The position numbers were made by a program, and so were the translations under genes. The notes under the pieces were generated by a model. The model saw nothing but the letters and a program-made list of their open reading frames with translations. It searched no databases and had not been told where the DNA came from. DNA of 64,000 bases, from the NCBI GenBank assembly GCA_965217775.1, contig CBDCJH010000002.1, positions 416,001-480,000 of the forward strand, given 5' to 3'. The stretch is from Acidobacteriota bacterium (lineage in GTDB: Bacteria > Acidobacteriota > UBA6911 > RPQK01 > JAJDTT01). Positions 30,104 through 41,400 of this stretch are shown one piece after another. How positions within the stretch are numbered: position 1 is the stretch's first letter; every line of letters starts with the position of its first letter.

Positions 30104-31050
30104 CCCACCAAATCCTTGTAACGCAGCCGCTTTCCCACCATCCGGTCAGCGACCAGGGCCATTTGATCCAACGTGTCCATGCGCCTTAGGTTGTGACGTG
30201 CGGCAAACTCTCCAACGTATCGGTCGGTGTGCTGTTCCGAGAAGTGGTGAAAGGTTCCGTGGTAACTCCGCTTCAACATCGACCAGAACGATTCGGCTCC
30301 GTTGGTGTGGCAGTTGCCTTTGACGTACTCCTGAAGAGAATGCTTGACCGTCTCGTGATTGACAAGCCGGCCGTAAGAGGTTGAATCGTCGGTGTAGATC
30401 TTGGCATCTTCTCCCACGTGCTCCAAGACGAAACGGGAGAGGGTTTCAGACTTGGTGTCAGGGACGACTCGGGCCGACACTTGGTTGGAGGGGCGATCTT
30501 TGACGGCAGCCACGGCCGTCTTTCCAACGGCTCCACGTCCCTCCAGTTTGGCGCGTTTGGCCTTCGGCATATTCTTCCGCTTTCCGCCGAGATACGCCTC
30601 GTCAGCCTCGACCGGGCCGGAGAACAGGGCCATTCCAGTCAGGTTCAGACCTTTCCGTATCCGGTGAGCAAGGTGCCAAGCCGTCTTCTGTGTTACGTCC
30701 AGGTCACGATGCAGCTTCATGGAGGAAACGCTCTTGAGGCTGGTAGTAAGGAGGTAGGTCGCAAGCAACCAAGTCTGATAGCCGAGTTTGGAGGACTGCA
30801 TAACCGTCCCGACCCGGACGCTGAACCGCTTGCCGCAATCGCGGCAACGATACGGCATGGAAGGATGCTTGGCTCCGGTCTGGACGTTGGTGGAGCCGCA
30901 ATGGACGCAACAGACTTCCTCCGGCCACCGCCGCTTTATGAACCATTCCTCAGCGGCTTTATCGTCGGGAAATCTCTTGAAGAATCCGCGCAGTGAAAGT
31001 CCCTCTCGGAACGCCTTTCCGGGTGCCTTGTTCCGTGTCTCGTAACTCAT
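30100..31050 (-). CDS. IS1595-family DDE transposase
   Basis: Zinc ribbon CVHC/CRDC, QKTAWHLAHRIR, VEADE, YTDD, HTNGAESFWS; GGAGG RBS. Confidence 0.96.
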   Translation of the reverse strand: MSYETRNKAPGKAFREGLSLRGFFKRFPDDKAAEEWFIKRRWPEEVCCVHCGSTNVQTGAKHPSMPYRCRDCGKRFSVRVGTVMQSSKLGYQTWLLATYLLTTSLKSVSSMKLHRDLDVTQKTAWHLAHRIRKGLNLTGMALFSGPVEADEAYLGGKRKNMPKAKRAKLEGRGAVGKTAVAAVKDRPSNQVSARVVPDTKSETLSRFVLEHVGEDAKIYTDDSTSYGRLVNHETVKHSLQEYVKGNCHTNGAESFWSMLKRSYHGTFHHFSEQHTDRYVGEFAARHNLRRMDTLDQMALVADRMVGKRLRYKDLVG

Positions 31051-31075
31051 TGCAGCCTCCTGACTTACAAGACAT

Positions 31076-31104
31076 ATTCTATAGGAAAGTACCGGGATTG
31101 TCAA
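31076..31104 (-). promoter_or_regulatory. Sigma70 promoter of the IS1595 transposase
   Basis: TTGACA-17 nt-TAGAAT on the minus strand just inside the TIR. Confidence 0.7.
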
Positions 31105-32093
31105 CCCCTACGGGAAACCTTTTCGGCACTTTCGTATATAATCCCCTTTCCCTTGGTTCCGTAGGACTTCCAGTAGTCGTCGTAGGTGGGGTGATCCAAC
31201 AGCGTCTTGACCCAGGGACGGTCCACCATCTCATCCAGGGCGGTGTAAAGGGGGAGCCGCGAGAAGATCTCGTTCCAGTCCATCAGGGGATGGTCGAAAA
31301 TGCCGGGCCAGAAGGCCATGCCCCGGTTGACCCAGAGGAACTCGGCCACGAAGATCACGTTCAATTGGGGGATGCCGTCGTTGTAGAGGTGACCGAAGTT
31401 GGTCTCCTGATTGGCGCTCGGCATCAGGGCTTTCAGGTTGGGATGCTGGTAACGGGCCGGCATCACCTGTGTGAAGCCGTCGTAGGAATGCCCGAAGGTC
31501 CCGATCTTCCCGTTGCACCAGTCCTGCTCGGCCAGCCACTTCTGAGTGTCGAATCCGTCCTGCGGGTCATTGACGTAGGGGTGCCAGACCCCCTCGGAGT
31601 CGTGACGGCCGCGGAGATCCACCGTGACCGCGGCATAGCCCCTTTCGGCGAAATAGACCGCCCGGCTCACCACGTCGGGACGCATGTTGTTGTAGGCGGT
31701 CATCAACATCAAAGTGGGGAACGGGCCGGGTGCATCCGGCCGGTAGATGTCAGCCGAAAGATGGACTCCATCCCGCATCGGCACCTTGGCGTCGAGCGAA
31801 AAAACGACCTTGTGCCCGGGTTGGGAGAGTTCGGCCTGTCCACAGCCGAAGACCGTAAACAGTAGAGAGGAAAACACCATCGTCACTATACTGGATCGCA
31901 GGTTGGTCTTCGCCTCGAACATCAGGCCGTCCTCCTGGAAGTGGACCGGTTTTGCGTTGACTTCGTTCCGGGCGGCATGGAGCCGCCAAAGATGTTGCTC
32001 GAAAAGCTGTTTTCTGGTCTCAGAGTCATCAGAATATATCATCCGTGCTGCCCCCCTGCCGATGGTAGTTGTCCAGCAGTCAGGAGACTTTCC

Positions 32094-33416
32094 ATGCATC
32101 GATTTTCAACGCTTATTCTGGGACTGATCTTCTTTGGCGCCGGCAGCATCGAGCCATCTCTGGCCGGGAAGCTGCGTGCCTCTTGCGTCAAGGTCGACAT
32201 CACTCCCGGCAAGCCTGTGCTGATGCAGGCCTATCCGAGGCCGGGTCCCTCGGAGGGGGTGTTGGATCGGATCTACCATCGGGTCGTTGCCCTGGACGAC
32301 GGCGAGACCCAGGTCTTTCTGATCTCCAGCGATCTGGCACTGATCCGTTACGACGTCTACCGCGAGTTCTCCCAAGAGCTGGCAAGGGAGACGGGGATCC
32401 GGCCGGAACAGGTCTGGTGGAATACGACCCAAACTCATTCCGGCCCACAGGTCGGCCTTGGACCTGAGGATTCGGGCACTTTCAAGGCCAACCCGGACTA
32501 CTCTGCCTGGCTCAAGAGAGCACTGATCGACGCTATTGTGGAGGCCCGAGAGAAACTGGAGCCGGCTCGCCTCGGCGTGGCGACCGGGATGTCCATGGCC
32601 AACATCAACCGGCGGCCCCGGGAGATCGACGGCAGCGTGCCCTATGTCGGATTGAATCCCGAGGGTCCGGTGGATCGGCAAATCGGACTGATCCGTCTGG
32701 AGCGAGCGGACGGATCCCCACTGGCTCTGATTGCGAGTTATGCCATGCACGGCACCGTCCTGCCCGTGAACGGTCCGGAGTTCCTCTTGATCAGCGGAGA
32801 TGCCCAGGGGGTCGTTGCCGAGTACGTGGAAGAGAAGACCGGAGCCCCCCTCCTGTTGATGAGCGGCGCCGAGGGGGATGTCGCTCCCATCTACAGCACC
32901 ATCACCATGCCCCATGCGAAGAACCAGGGGCTGAATCACCTCAGCCAGTTCAAGGTTTTGTTGGGCAATCGAATTCTGGCGGCCAATCGATCGGTTGCGG
33001 CAACGGCGACAGAGGTCAGGCTGTGGACAGGACGAATCATGATCGAGACTCCGCTTAAGGAGAAGCAGACCGTTTGGTACCAGGAGGCGATGCGCGGCTT
33101 GAAGCGGGAAACCGATGGCGGGGTGACGCTGGTCAGGATCCCGGTCGACTTCCTCAAGATCAATCGGGAGATCCTGCTCTGGGCGGCGCCGCTGGAACTC
33201 TTCGGCGAGATCGCCATGAAGGTCCGGGACCGGTCTCCGTTCCCCTACACCTTCTTCTATGGTTTGAACAACGGGTATCTCGGTTATCTGACCACCAGGA
33301 AGGCGTTCGCCGAGGGAGGCTTCGAGCCCCGCATTTCCCCGTATACCGAGCAGGCCGAAGAAGACTTTACCAGCGGGGTCTTGAACGCCGTCTGGGCGTT
33401 ACCCGGACGGGAGTGA
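32094..33416 (+). CDS. Neutral/alkaline ceramidase-like protein
   Basis: KVDITP, TQTHSGP, NINRR, YAMHGT, GAEGDV, NGYLGY; signal peptide. Confidence 0.72.
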   Translation: MHRFSTLILGLIFFGAGSIEPSLAGKLRASCVKVDITPGKPVLMQAYPRPGPSEGVLDRIYHRVVALDDGETQVFLISSDLALIRYDVYREFSQELARETGIRPEQVWWNTTQTHSGPQVGLGPEDSGTFKANPDYSAWLKRALIDAIVEAREKLEPARLGVATGMSMANINRRPREIDGSVPYVGLNPEGPVDRQIGLIRLERADGSPLALIASYAMHGTVLPVNGPEFLLISGDAQGVVAEYVEEKTGAPLLLMSGAEGDVAPIYSTITMPHAKNQGLNHLSQFKVLLGNRILAANRSVAATATEVRLWTGRIMIETPLKEKQTVWYQEAMRGLKRETDGGVTLVRIPVDFLKINREILLWAAPLELFGEIAMKVRDRSPFPYTFFYGLNNGYLGYLTTRKAFAEGGFEPRISPYTEQAEEDFTSGVLNAVWALPGRE

Positions 33417-33480
33417 TCCGGTAGACAGGAGTTCCCCCAAAAAAATCAGGTCAAATCTTCCAGGAATGGGAAAAGACCTC

Positions 33481-33610
33481 GTAGGGGCGACCCTTGTGGT
33501 CGCCCTCTGCGGGCCGATCGGTGAGGGGCGACAGCGGGCACCCACAAGGGGTGCCCCTACTTCCCCTGTGCTCCCGAACTCCCGGAAAAATGGGGAAAGT
33601 CCTGATCCGG
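33481..33610 (+). repeat. GTAG-type REP doublet cassette, copy A
   Basis: GTAGGGGCGACCCTTGTGGTCGCCC...GGGCACCCACAAGGGGTGCCCCTAC plus a 50-bp tail; homologous to 51676-51811. Confidence 0.8.
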
Positions 33611-33674
33611 TAGCGAGTTGAACCGGGTTTGCATAACCAATAGGATTGAACCAATCGACTTCAGAGTTCCAGTC

Positions 33675-35324
33675 ATGAAAAGTGGTGTCCAGCTTGGAGT
33701 CCTGTTGGCACTCGCCTGTCTGGTGCCGCCGGCGTCTACAACCGCTGCCTTCTCCGCGCAGAAACAGCCGGACACGGAAAAGGTGAGGCGCGAAGAACAG
33801 GAGGATCACTACAAACGTTGGCTGGAAAGAGACGTGTCTTACATCATCACCGACAGCGAAAAGGACGTTTTCAAAAGGTTGACGACCGGAGCTGAAAAGG
33901 AGCAGTTTATCGAGCAGTTCTGGCGCCGCCGCGATCCCGATTTGACGACGGTTTCCAATGAGTTCAAGGATGAACATTATCGACGCATTGCCTATGCCAA
34001 CGAGAACTTTCCCAGCGGCATCCTGGGCTGGCTGACCGACCGCGGCCGCGTTTATATCATCCACGGTCCACCGGCCGAGATTGAAACCCATGCCTCCGGG
34101 GGTATCTACGATCGCCCCATTTACGAAGGAGGCGGATCCTCAACAGCCTTCCCTTTTGAGATCTGGCGCTACCGTTATATCGAAGGAATCGGATCCGACG
34201 TCGAACTCGAATTCGTGGATCGATCCATGACGGGCGAATACCGTCTGGCATTGATGGCCGAGGAGAAAGATGCCTTGCTCCACGTGGCCGGGGCCGGTCC
34301 GACGATCGCCGAGCAGATGGGGTTGGCTACCAGAGCCGATCGACCCTACTTCTCTCCCGGAAATTCGCAAAGATATCCTTTCATCAATCCGCGAGCCAAA
34401 GACAGTCCCTTCCAGCGGTATGAAACCTACGACAGAATCCAACGCCCCCCGCAGCTCAGATACCCCGATTTGAAGGAGTTGGTGAAGGTCCAACTTGCTT
34501 ACCATTCACTCCCCATTCAGGTTCAAAAAGACTACTTTCGTCTCAGCGACCGACGGCTTCTGGTGCCGGTAACGGTTCAGGTCGCCAACAAGAATCTCAC
34601 TTTTCGGAAGCAGAGAGATATTTTCGAGGCTGACGTTGCGGTCTACGGCCGGGTCACGACAATGACGAATCGAGTGGTTCACGAATTCGAGCAGGATCTC
34701 AGCCTGTCCTATCGGCCGGCACTGCTCAAAGAGGCGCTGACCAGGCGCTCGCAGTATCAGAAGATTCTACTTCTGGAGCCCAAGATGCGCTACAAGATCG
34801 ACGTGGTCGTCAAAGATCTTAACAGCGGCAATGTCGGCACGGTTCGCCAGGGCATCATTCCTCCGTCCTATCCGGAAGAGAAACTGGCAAGTAGTTCTCT
34901 GATTCTTTCCGATCACATCCGGCCGCTGAAGGAAACGCCGAAAGACAATGTAATGTTCGTGTTGGGCGACGTAAGCGTCCGTCCCAGCATCGACAAGGTA
35001 TTTCCGCTTCCACCGTCATTTGGAGTTTATATTCAGGTCTACAATGCGGCTCTGGATCAGACCGACTCGGCGCCCTCGTTGAGCATCAGCTACGAGATTG
35101 TCCGGAACGGTGAGACGCTCGAGGAAGTCATCGATGAAAGGGGTGAAACGATCCAGTTTTATTCGAAACGGCGCGTCGTCATAATCAGCCAACTGCCGGT
35201 GTCGGGTCTAGGGCTTGGCAAGTACAAGGTGCGAGTCAAGATTCATGACCGCATCCGGGGGCAGACCGTAAAAGCCGAGGAGTCGTTTGAAATCAGACAG
35301 AACGCGAGACTGGATTCAGGTTAA
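33675..35324 (+). CDS. GWxTD domain-containing protein
   Basis: WLERDVSYII, FWRRRDP, EHYRRIAYAN, GWLTDRGRVYI. Confidence 0.9.
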   Translation: MKSGVQLGVLLALACLVPPASTTAAFSAQKQPDTEKVRREEQEDHYKRWLERDVSYIITDSEKDVFKRLTTGAEKEQFIEQFWRRRDPDLTTVSNEFKDEHYRRIAYANENFPSGILGWLTDRGRVYIIHGPPAEIETHASGGIYDRPIYEGGGSSTAFPFEIWRYRYIEGIGSDVELEFVDRSMTGEYRLALMAEEKDALLHVAGAGPTIAEQMGLATRADRPYFSPGNSQRYPFINPRAKDSPFQRYETYDRIQRPPQLRYPDLKELVKVQLAYHSLPIQVQKDYFRLSDRRLLVPVTVQVANKNLTFRKQRDIFEADVAVYGRVTTMTNRVVHEFEQDLSLSYRPALLKEALTRRSQYQKILLLEPKMRYKIDVVVKDLNSGNVGTVRQGIIPPSYPEEKLASSSLILSDHIRPLKETPKDNVMFVLGDVSVRPSIDKVFPLPPSFGVYIQVYNAALDQTDSAPSLSISYEIVRNGETLEEVIDERGETIQFYSKRRVVIISQLPVSGLGLGKYKVRVKIHDRIRGQTVKAEESFEIRQNARLDSG

Positions 35325-35340
35325 GCGGCAACGAAATTTC

Positions 35341-35377
35341 GTCGGTCGAATGCCGTGACGACTTTTTGCCACCGGCT
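35341..35377 (-). repeat. Truncated left end of the 160-bp MITE
   Basis: Reverse complement GCCGGTGGCAAAAAGTCGTCACGGCATTCGACCG matches the MITE left end. Confidence 0.65.
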
Positions 35378-35417
35378 AGGAGTTTGCGCAGTAGATCAAT
35401 TTCTGCGGCGCAGGCTC

Positions 35418-37820
35418 CTAGTACTCGCAGACGACCTTCAAATGCCCCCTCGGGTCCGGCACCATCACATTCTCTCCTGAAACGCGAACGCCGGTCTGAT
35501 TGACCGAGCACCGGGACGGCGCGAGGCGTTCCGGGTGACGCATAACCACAATCATTTCCTTCGGACTCTTTCGTTCGGGCGCATCGATTTCAACGCTGAT
35601 CTTCCGGTTGTCGGCCTGAGTACGGAGTGCCATTTTCCCAAAGATCGTGGGTGCGTCGGTCACAACGATCGATTTACCCGGTTCGAACCAGCGGCGGGGA
35701 CAGCCACGCAATAGCCAGAGCTTGCCCGCTTCCTGCTCGTCGATCACCATCCTGCGCAGCATTTCGAGCATCCGCCCATTGCCCGATGCGTTGGGCTGCC
35801 ACGGTGAAAAGTTGCCGTCGAGAGGCCTGATGCGCTCCACCGTCTGGTAGCAATCACTAGACAGGCCATATGTAAAATTTGAATAAAACGTCAGCAGGGC
35901 CTTCTCGAATTCGCCGCGAGCCAGATAGCATTTGTAATAGGTTTTCTCCACCTGATTGATGTACCAGTGATCCGGACCCATCCTTTGGGCCAAGCCCATC
36001 AGCAAGCCAAACTCGGGCGTGATTCGCAGATATTCCAGCATAGGCTCGAAACGTTTGTCAGCCGGATCGAGAAGACCTGTGGCAAACAATTGTATCGGCC
36101 CGGCGCCATGCCACTGGGAACTGCGATACCTGCCCGCTCTCGGGTAAACGATGTCCGGGACGAACAACAGTCCCGTGTCAGGATCGATGTGCTCGACGCG
36201 GTGCATGACATCCAGGATGCACTGGCGATATTCTTCCGCTTCCCGTGTCAGACGCTCCGCTTCGGGTCGGCCGGCTTCGGTGAAAGCCTTGGCCATTTCG
36301 GACATGCCCAGCCAAGTGAAACTGTCCGAGAAGGTATAGTTATAAACCTCGCCGACCGCATCACTGCCTTTCCCTACCGGCAGGAGCCCATAGTGGCGCA
36401 CCTTGGCGCCATTCTCCTTGGTGACCCGTGTCCGCTCGCGCTCCCGCTGAATCCAATCCCAGGCCGCCAGAATACCGGGGGAGTTCTGGTGCAACCATTC
36501 CGTATTGCGTGAGTAGAGATAGTGGGAGGCCATCGCCCACAGGACCGCTCCGGTTTCACTCATCCACTCGAAGCCTGAAGATCCCACATAAGAACCATGA
36601 ATCGATTTCAGATCGCCGCGGGGGCCAAAATTTGCCGAGTGTGCGCCGACGCCGTTTTGCCTCTCGGTGAAAAAAAGCAAACATGGCCTGATGGCCTCGT
36701 GAAAACCGACGGAGCTCATCCCAACCGCCAGGTGTGCGAATTCCCAGGCCCAGACGCCCGTGCAAAAGGGGCTGTGATGAGGTGCATGCCAGGGGCTCTC
36801 GGGATTCCTGCTGATATTCTGCAAGCTCGAAAGGATGAGCGCCTTGTAGATCTCGTTGAGTCGTTTTTCAGGCACCGTGAGCTTCATTCCGGGTTCAAGA
36901 AGGCGCTCCCAATAGTCCTCCGTTCGCTTGAGAGCCGTTTCGAAACTTTGAGCTTCCATCCGTTTGCGCTCTGACGTCGGGAACAGTTTCGAGGTGCCAG
37001 CCACCACCAGGTCGATCGTTCTCGCCTCCCGGGGTTCAAGGGCGACATCGAACTCGAGGCAGTTCGTGATCAGTTGTCCTTGGTGGACCTTTTCGAACCG
37101 AAGAGTCGCGGGAGTGGGTACCATGGTGCGGTAGCTGAGCAGCACTTTTCCCTGCATGAGAAGAGATCTTCCCGTATGGCGAATACCGAAGGGACCCTGC
37201 TTCCAGCGCAGATCGGGGGCCTCATAGATGCGTCCGGCAAGATCGTCGACCTGGCTGCCCCGTGCCCGTCCGACGGACAGCATTAAAACAGTGTCTTGGG
37301 GAAGATCGGTGGTATTGATCAAGGTCATACGAACCATGACGAATAACTTTTCTCGACCGGTAATCATGGTCTGGTCCGAGGGCAGGTAGCTGAAAGCCGT
37401 CTGCTGAACGCTGATCGAGCCGGGTGTCCATTTGGATTCGACGATGGGTTGATAACCACGACGCAGTCTACGGGTGACCTTGTTCCAATCCGGAAACCGT
37501 GCTGGTTCGCCCATGCCAAAGCCGAGCGCCAACGCCTGTCGTCGCTGTCCTAATGGAACGGGCAGGGCCGGAAGGGCGATGGAGAGATCGGGATGGACAA
37601 ACGCTACTTCAGGGTAGAGTCGGGACTGAATCGGTACTCGCACCGATAGTGGGGTCTCAAGGCCCGCCAAATCCTCCCCCTGGACCTCATGACGTGAACG
37701 CGCCACTTGTTCCAGGCTGAACTCACTCGACTTTCCGCTGTCGTCAACCGGAGTAACGGTGCAGGTGGAAAAGAATGGCAGGGCGAAACATATCAGCAGA
37801 CACTGGATCCTGGGGATCAT
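35418..37820 (-). CDS. Putative six-hairpin glycoside hydrolase-like secreted protein
   Basis: Signal/lipobox-like N-terminus, W/H-rich helical core, C-terminal LWLLRGCPRRW..APTIFG; family not resolved. Confidence 0.55.
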   Translation of the reverse strand: MIPRIQCLLICFALPFFSTCTVTPVDDSGKSSEFSLEQVARSRHEVQGEDLAGLETPLSVRVPIQSRLYPEVAFVHPDLSIALPALPVPLGQRRQALALGFGMGEPARFPDWNKVTRRLRRGYQPIVESKWTPGSISVQQTAFSYLPSDQTMITGREKLFVMVRMTLINTTDLPQDTVLMLSVGRARGSQVDDLAGRIYEAPDLRWKQGPFGIRHTGRSLLMQGKVLLSYRTMVPTPATLRFEKVHQGQLITNCLEFDVALEPREARTIDLVVAGTSKLFPTSERKRMEAQSFETALKRTEDYWERLLEPGMKLTVPEKRLNEIYKALILSSLQNISRNPESPWHAPHHSPFCTGVWAWEFAHLAVGMSSVGFHEAIRPCLLFFTERQNGVGAHSANFGPRGDLKSIHGSYVGSSGFEWMSETGAVLWAMASHYLYSRNTEWLHQNSPGILAAWDWIQRERERTRVTKENGAKVRHYGLLPVGKGSDAVGEVYNYTFSDSFTWLGMSEMAKAFTEAGRPEAERLTREAEEYRQCILDVMHRVEHIDPDTGLLFVPDIVYPRAGRYRSSQWHGAGPIQLFATGLLDPADKRFEPMLEYLRITPEFGLLMGLAQRMGPDHWYINQVEKTYYKCYLARGEFEKALLTFYSNFTYGLSSDCYQTVERIRPLDGNFSPWQPNASGNGRMLEMLRRMVIDEQEAGKLWLLRGCPRRWFEPGKSIVVTDAPTIFGKMALRTQADNRKISVEIDAPERKSPKEMIVVMRHPERLAPSRCSVNQTGVRVSGENVMVPDPRGHLKVVCEY

Positions 37821-38063
37821 GAGCCTGAACCTAACACGATCTCCAATCCCGGGGTGTACCTGCTGCGAGCCCTGAAACACCGGAAGAACTATTGCATACC
37901 CGAGATTCACAGAAGCAGAACCGAGCCTTGACGCAATAGCATCCACTGTGATTCTCTGCGTGGCAAGAGAGCCACACGCCAGCCTGTTCGTGAGCTTGCC
38001 GATGTCCGATTGCGGGTGAGAGAGCACGTCTCAGACCCGGATGAGGCAATTGTACTGAGCCCG

Positions 38064-38380
38064 CGATTCCACTTGTGGCTCGCCCGCGCCACCACGTCAT
38101 GATGGCCCAGCTTTGGGAATCGATCCGAGAGACTGTCAGGGACCCGGCTCGCGATGGCCTGCAGGCCGGAGTTCGAAAGGGGAACCTGAGGCAATCCGTC
38201 TATCTCCATAAGCGCATCAGTGAGCGATTGATCCGAGGAGATTCGCCAGCGGCCGCGTCGGCCAGGGACCGGCATTTTGACGCGTCCCGGTGGGCGTGGG
38301 TTGAGATCGAGCGCCATTGGAAGCAAACGGCGAGGGGTTCTCTCTCGCCACGGAATAAAGGACTCTGTCTTCGAGCGTAG
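38064..38380 (+). pseudogene. Possible remnant of a GntR/FadR FCD domain
   Basis: FHLWLARAT then shifted HVMMAQLWESIRE..HKRISERLIRGDSPAAASARDRH; no HTH visible. Confidence 0.4.
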
Positions 38381-38418
38381 GACCGGCCAAGCGACCTTAA
38401 AATTATTGGGGGGACAGG

Positions 38419-41400
38419 ATGAAAGTCAATCATTGGCAGAGTGCAATGCTGGCGATTCTAATGACGGGATTGCTGGCGGTCGGCGTGGTGCAGGCCCAGC
38501 TCGTCAGAAGCGCCATCTTGGGCACCATCTCGGACGAGAGCCGACTGGTGGTTCCGGGCGTAACCGTCACCGTGACGAACTTGGCGACCAATGTGAGTCA
38601 AACCATCATCACGGACGATACGGGAAATTACATGGTGCCGTTTCTGGATCCCGGAGAATATCGTGTGAGCGCGGTGCTTACAGGCTTCAAGCAGGCCGTA
38701 GAGCCCCGAGCCCAACTGGACGTGGCCACCCGGCTGCGCGTTGATCTGACGTTGCCGGTGGGCGACACCAGTGAAGTGGTAGAAGTGCGGTCTGCCGTAC
38801 CCTTGGTTCAGACGGATGACACCGCCGTCGGTCTGCATTTCAAGGAGGACCAACTCAAGAGCCTGCCGCTTCAGGGCCGCAACTATCAGGCATTGGCCCT
38901 GTTGTCGCCGACCGCCGTCAACCCGATCACGAACATCCTGAGAAACTTCAATGGGGCAAACCTTACCGGAGGCAACTGGTTTCAGGTTGCCGGACAGCGT
39001 GGGTCCGATGCGGCGTACGACATTGATGGAATCGATGCCAATCACATCATGTTCCAGACCCAATCACTGATTCCATCTCTGGATTCGATTCAGGAATTCA
39101 AGCTGCAGACGCACAATTATTCCTCGGAATACGGGCGGGGTTCAGTGCAGTTCACCACCATCACCAAGTCGGGCTCGAACCAGTTTCATGGTGCGATTTA
39201 CAACTACAACCGAAATGCCATCTTCAACGCCAACAACTTCTTTTCCAATCGGACCGGACGGCCCAGACAACCCTTCAACCACAACCAGTTCGGAGCCAAC
39301 CTGGGAGGGCCGATCTGGCGAGACAAGACCTTTTTCTTCTTTGCCTACGAGGGCCAGCGTCTTCGTCAAACCCGTAACGCGGCGGCCAGGACACCACCCT
39401 CAGAATACCTCCAGGGGGATTTTTCCAACTTCCGCCATCAACTTTACGATCCTCTGACCGTCCGTCGCGATGAAAACGGACGCTTCATCCGGGACCCCTT
39501 TCCAGGCAATCAAATTCCGAGGAGCCGGTTCAGCGTATTCGGTGCGGCGGCGGCAGCGTTGTTGCCGGCGCCCAACGCCGAAGTCGGCACCCTGGTCGGC
39601 AACCAGAACTTGACGGGGACGATCCGACGCGACTCGGATGTGAACTACTGGACAGTGCGCATCGATCACAGCTTCTCCGAGCGAGACAGCCTTTATGGGC
39701 GTTACATGCAGTCAAGAGAGTCCCTGACCTCGACCGGTGCTCCGGTCCAACTACTTGCGCCCCTCTCGGGAGATTTCAAGAACAACGAGGGGTACAACTT
39801 GATGATCGCGGAAACGCACACCTTCACCCCCCGGATCATCAACGAGTTGCGTTACGGGTACAACCAAGGTTATTGGGGAATCCATCAGGAAGGAGGGGAT
39901 GCGGGATGTCACGGCCCCTGTGACGAAAGCATAGATTATATTACGGACGTCTTTGGGATAAAGAATCTCGCCGGACCCCCGAGTACTTACGGACTGCCGG
40001 TGGTGGTCGTGGCCCGGGAGGGAAGATTTGGCGGAAACATCAACGCTCCCCATATTGGGGAAGTCAAGACCCACCAGATCTCAAACACCCTGAGCGTGAA
40101 TTCCGGCACCCACTCCGTGAAAACCGGCGTTGACCTTCGTTTCCAGAACTATAATCACACCGCCGCGGGAGGCTTCAACCGAGGCCTGTTCATTTTTAAC
40201 GGCCGATTCACCACCTTTCCTGGAACCCCGTTCTCCAGGGGAAATTCGGCTGCCGATCTGCTCCTGGGAAACACCCATCTGGTGCTCGGAACGGTGGGGC
40301 AACTCGAAGCCCTGGCGGAGGGCAATCAGTACAGTTTCTTCATTCAGGACGACATGCGGCTGTTTCCCAATCTGACTTTGAACCTGGGATTGCGCTACGA
40401 ATACTACCCGCCCTGGGTTGAGAACTCGGTTGGGGCATCAAGATTCGATTTTGTTGCCGCGCCTGGAACCTGCTTCGAGAATACAAATCCCTGCCCGCCA
40501 ACGCCGCTTATACAAACCGGCCCAGGCGAGACCTTCTACGACCCTGACTATAACAACTTTGGTCCCCGGATTGGACTGGCCTATTCGCCGTTCGGTGACA
40601 GAAGGATGGTCATCCGGGCTGCCTACGGAATCTTCTACTCACCGGCACCCGGCAACGACATCATCAACAGCCTGGGCGGCGTGCTTGGCAGTCAGACCTA
40701 CACCAAACTTCCGAATCATCCCTTTACCGATGTCACCACGACCGACACCGCCAACCCTGACTTGTTCCCCCAAGCACCCTTTACGCGGGCCGACTTCCCG
40801 ATTGTTACGGGACCGGATTACATTTTGCCTCCGGGCGTGGGATTCAGGAATGTGAGCAGGCATTTACCGACCGCGCTCATTCAGCACTGGCAATTGACCT
40901 TGCAACGGGAAATCCTGCCCAATTTGATGCTTGAGATCGGCTACATCGGCTCCCACGGATACAATGGAAACAGGCGAACGTCATACAATCAGGCCCAACC
41001 GGACCGGCCCGGTGAACTGACCGGGGTCAGGTCTCGAAGACCCTACCCCCAGATCGGCGGAATAACCCAAATCGAGCACACTTCCCACAACACCTATAAC
41101 GCAGGGGTCGTGCGACTGGAGAGGAGGTTCGAAAAGGGCCTCTCCTTTACCAGCTCCTACACCTTTTCCAGGACCATCGACGATTTTGGCGACATCAATG
41201 GACCCACCCTTACGGTACCGATGAACTCATATAACTTGAGGTTGGACAAAGGCTTGGCTGCGCACCATGCCAAGCATCGCTTCACCGCGGGATACAACTG
41301 GGAACTTCCTTTCGGCCGCGGCAGGAGATTCGGCTCCAACCTGCACCCGGTGCTGGATGGGGTCCTCGGAGGCTGGCAGTTCGGCGGGATCACCATCTTC

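Larger units (their letters stand above)
29385..31146 (-). mobile_element. IS1595-family element with passenger genes
   Basis: Perfect 26-bp TIR GGGGATTATATACGAAAGTGCCGAAA (29385-29410, 31121-31146); 8-bp TSD TTTCCCTT (29377-29384, 31147-31154). Confidence 0.96.
28368..31922 (-). pseudogene. CocE/NonD family hydrolase, copy 3, interrupted by IS1595
   Basis: N-part (PMRDGVHLSADIYRP, GHSYDG) and C-part rejoin in frame as YGTKGKYDQIQVPAY when the IS and one TSD are removed. Confidence 0.9.
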
